In this document: positions 7,431 through 10,344 of the stretch, one piece after another
Layout of the letters: every line of letters starts with the position of its first letter
Numbering within the stretch: the first letter of the stretch is position 1
Assembly (NCBI RefSeq): GCF_006345805.1
Contig: NW_021827443.1
Span: 1-10,344 of the forward strand
Direction: 5' to 3'
DNA length: 10,344 nucleotides
Origin: Octopus sinensis
Lineage: Eukaryota
The notes under the pieces: model-generated
Databases searched by the model: none
What the model was told of the DNA's origin: nothing
The model's input: only the letters and a program-made list of their open reading frames with translations
Made by a program: the position numbers and the translations under genes

Positions 7431-8790
7431 ATTCTTTTCTACTCTAGGCACAAGGCCTGAAATTTGTGGGGAGGGTGCCAGTCGATTAGATTGATCCCAG
7501 TACGCAGCTGGTACTTAATTTATCGACCCCCGAAAGGCTGAAACCAAAGTCGACCTCCGCAGAATTTGAACTCAGAACATAAAGACAGACGAAATACCTA
7601 TTTCTTTACTACCCACAAGGGGCTAGACCAGTGGTTTTCAACCAGGGTTCCGCGGGACCTTAGGGTTCCGCCAGTACAGTCCAGGGGTTCCGCAAGAAGT
7701 TACAAAAATGCTAATATCGACAGTAATTTTTAATTCTCCTGTGCAGATATGCGTGCATAAGACAATTAAATTATTGCACAGGGGTTCCTCGAGCCAGTGG
7801 AATGTTTCCTTGGGGTTCTGCTTCAGCAAAAAGTTTGAAAAGCACTGTGCTAGACACAGAGAGGACAAACAAGAACAGACACACGGATTAAGTCGATTAT
7901 ATCGACCCCAGTCCGTAACTGGTACTTATTTAATCGACCCCGAAAGGATGAAAGGCAAAGTCGACCTCGGCGGAATTTGAACTTAGAATGTAGCGGCAGA
8001 CGAAATAGCTATTTCTTTACTACCCACAAGGGGCTAAACACAGAGGGGACAAACAAGGACAGAGATAGGTATTAAGTCGATTATATCGACTCCAGTGCGT
8101 AACTGGTACTTATTTAATCGACCCCGAGAGGCTGAAAGCAAAGTCGACCTCCGCAGAGTTTGAACTCAGAACATAAGGACAGACGAAATACCTATTTCTT
8201 TACTACCCACAAGGGGCTAAACATAGAGGGGACAAACAAGGACAGACACACGGAATAAGTCGATTATATCGACCCCAGTGCGTAACTGGTACTTATTTAA
8301 TCGATCCCGAAAGGATGAAAGGCAAAGTCGACCTCGGCGGAATTTGAACTCAGAACATAAAGACAGACGAAATACCTATTTCTTTACTACCCACAAGGGG
8401 CTAAAGTCAGAGGGGACAAACAAGGACAGAGATAGGTATTAAGTCATTATATCGACTCCAGTGCGTAACTGGTACTTATTTAATCGACCCCGAAAGGCTG
8501 AAAGCAAAGTCGACCTCCGCAGAGTTTGAACTCAGAACATAAAGACAGACGAAATACCTATTTCTTTACTACCCACAAGGGGCTAAACTCAGAGGGGACA
8601 AACAAGGACAGACACACGGATTAAGTCGATTATATCGACCCCAGTGCGTAACTGGTACTTATTTAATCGATCCCGAAAGGATGAAAGGCAAAGTCGACCT
8701 CGGCGGAATTTGAACTCAGAACGGAGCGGCAGACGAAATACCGCTAAGCATTTCGCTCGGTGTGCTAACGATTCTGCCAGCTCGACGCCT
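7431..8790 (-). mobile_element. tRNA-derived SINE with internally amplified tandem array (6 units, ~183-bp period)
   Basis: Head AGGCGTCGAGCTGGCAGAATCGTTAG with A box at 8779-8765 and B box GAGTTCAAATTCC at 8717-8705. Unit starts on + are 7506, 7917, 8101, 8284, 8467 and 8650. The tail ends at about 7431 next to (TA)n. Confidence 0.9.
7629..7847. mobile_element. hAT (Charlie-like) MITE, 219 bp
   Basis: TIRs CAGTGGTTTTCAACC (7629-43) and GTTTGAAAAGCACTG (7833-47) match 13/15. 8-bp TSD GGCTAGAC/TGCTAGAC matches 7/8. Internal GGGTTCC repeats are present. Confidence 0.9.
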
Positions 8791-8856
8791 TTAACATAGT
8801 TACAAAATAATGTAGTTACAGTCTTACTAAGAACTTGGAAGGAATTAATTTTTAAT

Positions 8857-8974
8857 GACGCAGGAGTGACTGTGTGGTAAGTAGCTTGCTTACCAACCAC
8901 ATGGTTCCGGGTTCAGTCCCACAGCGTGGCATCTTGGGCAAGTGTCTTCCACTATAGCCTCGGGCCGACCAAAG
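8857..8974 (+). mobile_element. tRNA-derived SINE head, 3'-truncated
   Basis: A-box-like TGACTGTGTGG (8867-77) and B-box-like GGTTCAGTCCC (8910-20), followed by TTGGGCAAGTGTCTT..CCTCGGGCCGACCAAAG. Recognised from memory as an octopus SINE 5' part. Confidence 0.85.
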
Positions 8975-9279
8975 AAAAACGACGACGCCGTAGTGATCTC
9001 ATTCTCGCTCACAACATCATAAGCGGAATGTGTAACCTCTCGAAAGAGCTGTTCTTCACTCCTGCTCCAGAACGTGGGCTGCGGGGTCACTCCGAAAAGC
9101 TCTATCTTCGACGATTTCATCTCAATCGAAGAAGAGGGGCTTTCTCCGTCCGGGTTGCGGATCCTTGGAATAAGCTGCCGGACGAGATAGTGAAGATGCC
9201 GACGACCGCTCGGTTCAAATTCTCTCTTGACCATAAATGGCCTGAACTCTTTGCATGAACACCCTCCCTGTACATAATG
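8974..9279 (+). mobile_element. CR1/L2-group LINE 3' end (ORF2 C-terminus plus start of 3' UTR)
   Basis: EKRRRRSDLI..FF..LRGHSEKL...RRGAFSVRVADPWNKLPDEIV...FKFSLD matches the CR1 ORF2 C-terminal pattern (RR.RGDLI..RGH..KL..FS.RV...WN.LP..VV..FK..LD). Stop at 9256-9258. Confidence 0.9.
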
Positions 9280-9347
9280 CTTTGCCATCAAATTTGAATT
9301 CTTTACAAACAAATTTGATTGCAAAGAATTCAAATTTCATGGTAAAG
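9280..9347. repeat. 68-bp near-perfect spacerless palindrome
   Basis: 30 of 34 pairs are complementary about the centre 9313/9314. Confidence 0.93.
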
Positions 9348-9651
9348 AATCCAAAATAGATCGAAAGCATCTATATATTCGTGGAATAGCACAAGCTTTC
9401 TCTTTAAATCTTTTGGGGTTTTTTTTTTCATAAAAGGTTTCTCATTTCTCTTTCGTTTTGTATATTTTTATCTTCGACAGCAATCTTGTTCTGTCTATTT
9501 TAAATGAGGAATTTTATTTTGTAACTAACAGCAAAATCCTTTTTGTGAGACAGACTTTAATTTTCTTTTTAAATGTTCAACACCACCAAAGATCTAAGCA
9601 GTTGTCTCTAAAATAAATTTTACTTGCATTATTTTACATTTTTATAACCTT

Positions 9652-9750
9652 GTAGATGAATTGTATCCGTAGATAGATTGCTATCGATGAATTGTTTATG
9701 TAAATGAATTGCCGTAGACATATTGTTGTAGACAAATTTTCCGGATACCC
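9652..9750. repeat. Degenerate ~14-17 bp tandem repeat (GTAGATGAATTG core)
   Basis: About six diverged copies ending in TTTTCCGGATACCC. Confidence 0.7.
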
Positions 9751-9796
9751 ATCAAATAAGATCATCAGATAAGTACTCCATCTTGTGAGAGAAACA

Positions 9797-10049
9797 TATT
9801 CGCCACTTGTCCGTGCGTGAGTATTTGCTGAAAATTTCTAATCTGGAAATCAGCAGTATGGTGAAATTCTTAGATCTGAAAAGTATATGTTATCTCTCAG
9901 CTATGCATAATTTAGATTCTTTTGATCCATTAATATAATAAAAAAAGATCACATACCTTTTTCGATCTAAGAATTCTACCGCACTGCTGAATTCCAGACC
10001 AGAAAATTTCAGCAAATGCAAATATACGGACTAGTTTCTTTTGGCGAAT
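9797..10049. mobile_element. Old foldback/MITE-like long inverted repeat
   Basis: 9821-9883 versus the reverse complement of 9957-10019 matches 52/63. Weaker matches extend both outward and inward. Confidence 0.65.
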
Positions 10050-10344
10050 TGGAGGACACCGCCCTCTCCAGATTTAGAAGTTATATCGCAGATTATAGAC
10101 TCCTTCCTGTGATCATACAACATCTAGCATTATAATTCTTAGGGGACATAACACTAATTCTTCTTTTTCCCTCTATCCCGTTTTTCACCATTCCACTTTT
10201 TCAAACCACCATCATCTCGTTTTTTTTTCTCGTGCTTTCTCTTGTCCAATTGTTCTGATTTGTAACTTGTATGGACCATGCTCATAGAACCTGAGCATTA
10301 TTTGGGGACACTAGGCGTGTTTTAGAAACCTGCTGAGATAATCT

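Noticed and set aside
7506-8790. CRISPR-like array
   Set aside because: Units are homologous over their whole length with no unique spacers; eukaryotic SINE sequence
8705-8920. tRNA genes
   Set aside because: A/B boxes are present, but there is no cloverleaf and the sequence continues into SINE bodies
8890-9333. 147-aa minus-strand ORF
   Set aside because: Antisense to the CR1/SINE chimera; the sense frame carries the recognisable motifs

Overview
Eukaryotic, repeat-saturated non-coding DNA (intron or intergenic). The SINE families and microsatellite density look cephalopod (Octopus-like); this is recognition from memory, not a database result. No host protein-coding exon is supportable, and most listed ORFs are microsatellite or antisense artefacts. 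Contents in order: a frameshifted Penelope-like (PLE) RT-thumb/GIY-YIG remnant (-); an oppositely oriented PLE-type end with a near-canonical hammerhead ribozyme (HHR); a non-autonomous Helitron; three more minimal HHR-like motifs; a ~1 kb direct-repeat-flanked element in (TA)n; a solo Tc1-like end with a perfect 26-bp hairpin; a tRNA-derived SINE amplified into an ABABAB ~183-bp array interrupted by a hAT MITE; a SINE head fused to a CR1 LINE 3' end; a 68-bp palindrome; and an old foldback. The best leads are the HHR motif cluster, the higher-order SINE array and the SINE-LINE chimera.
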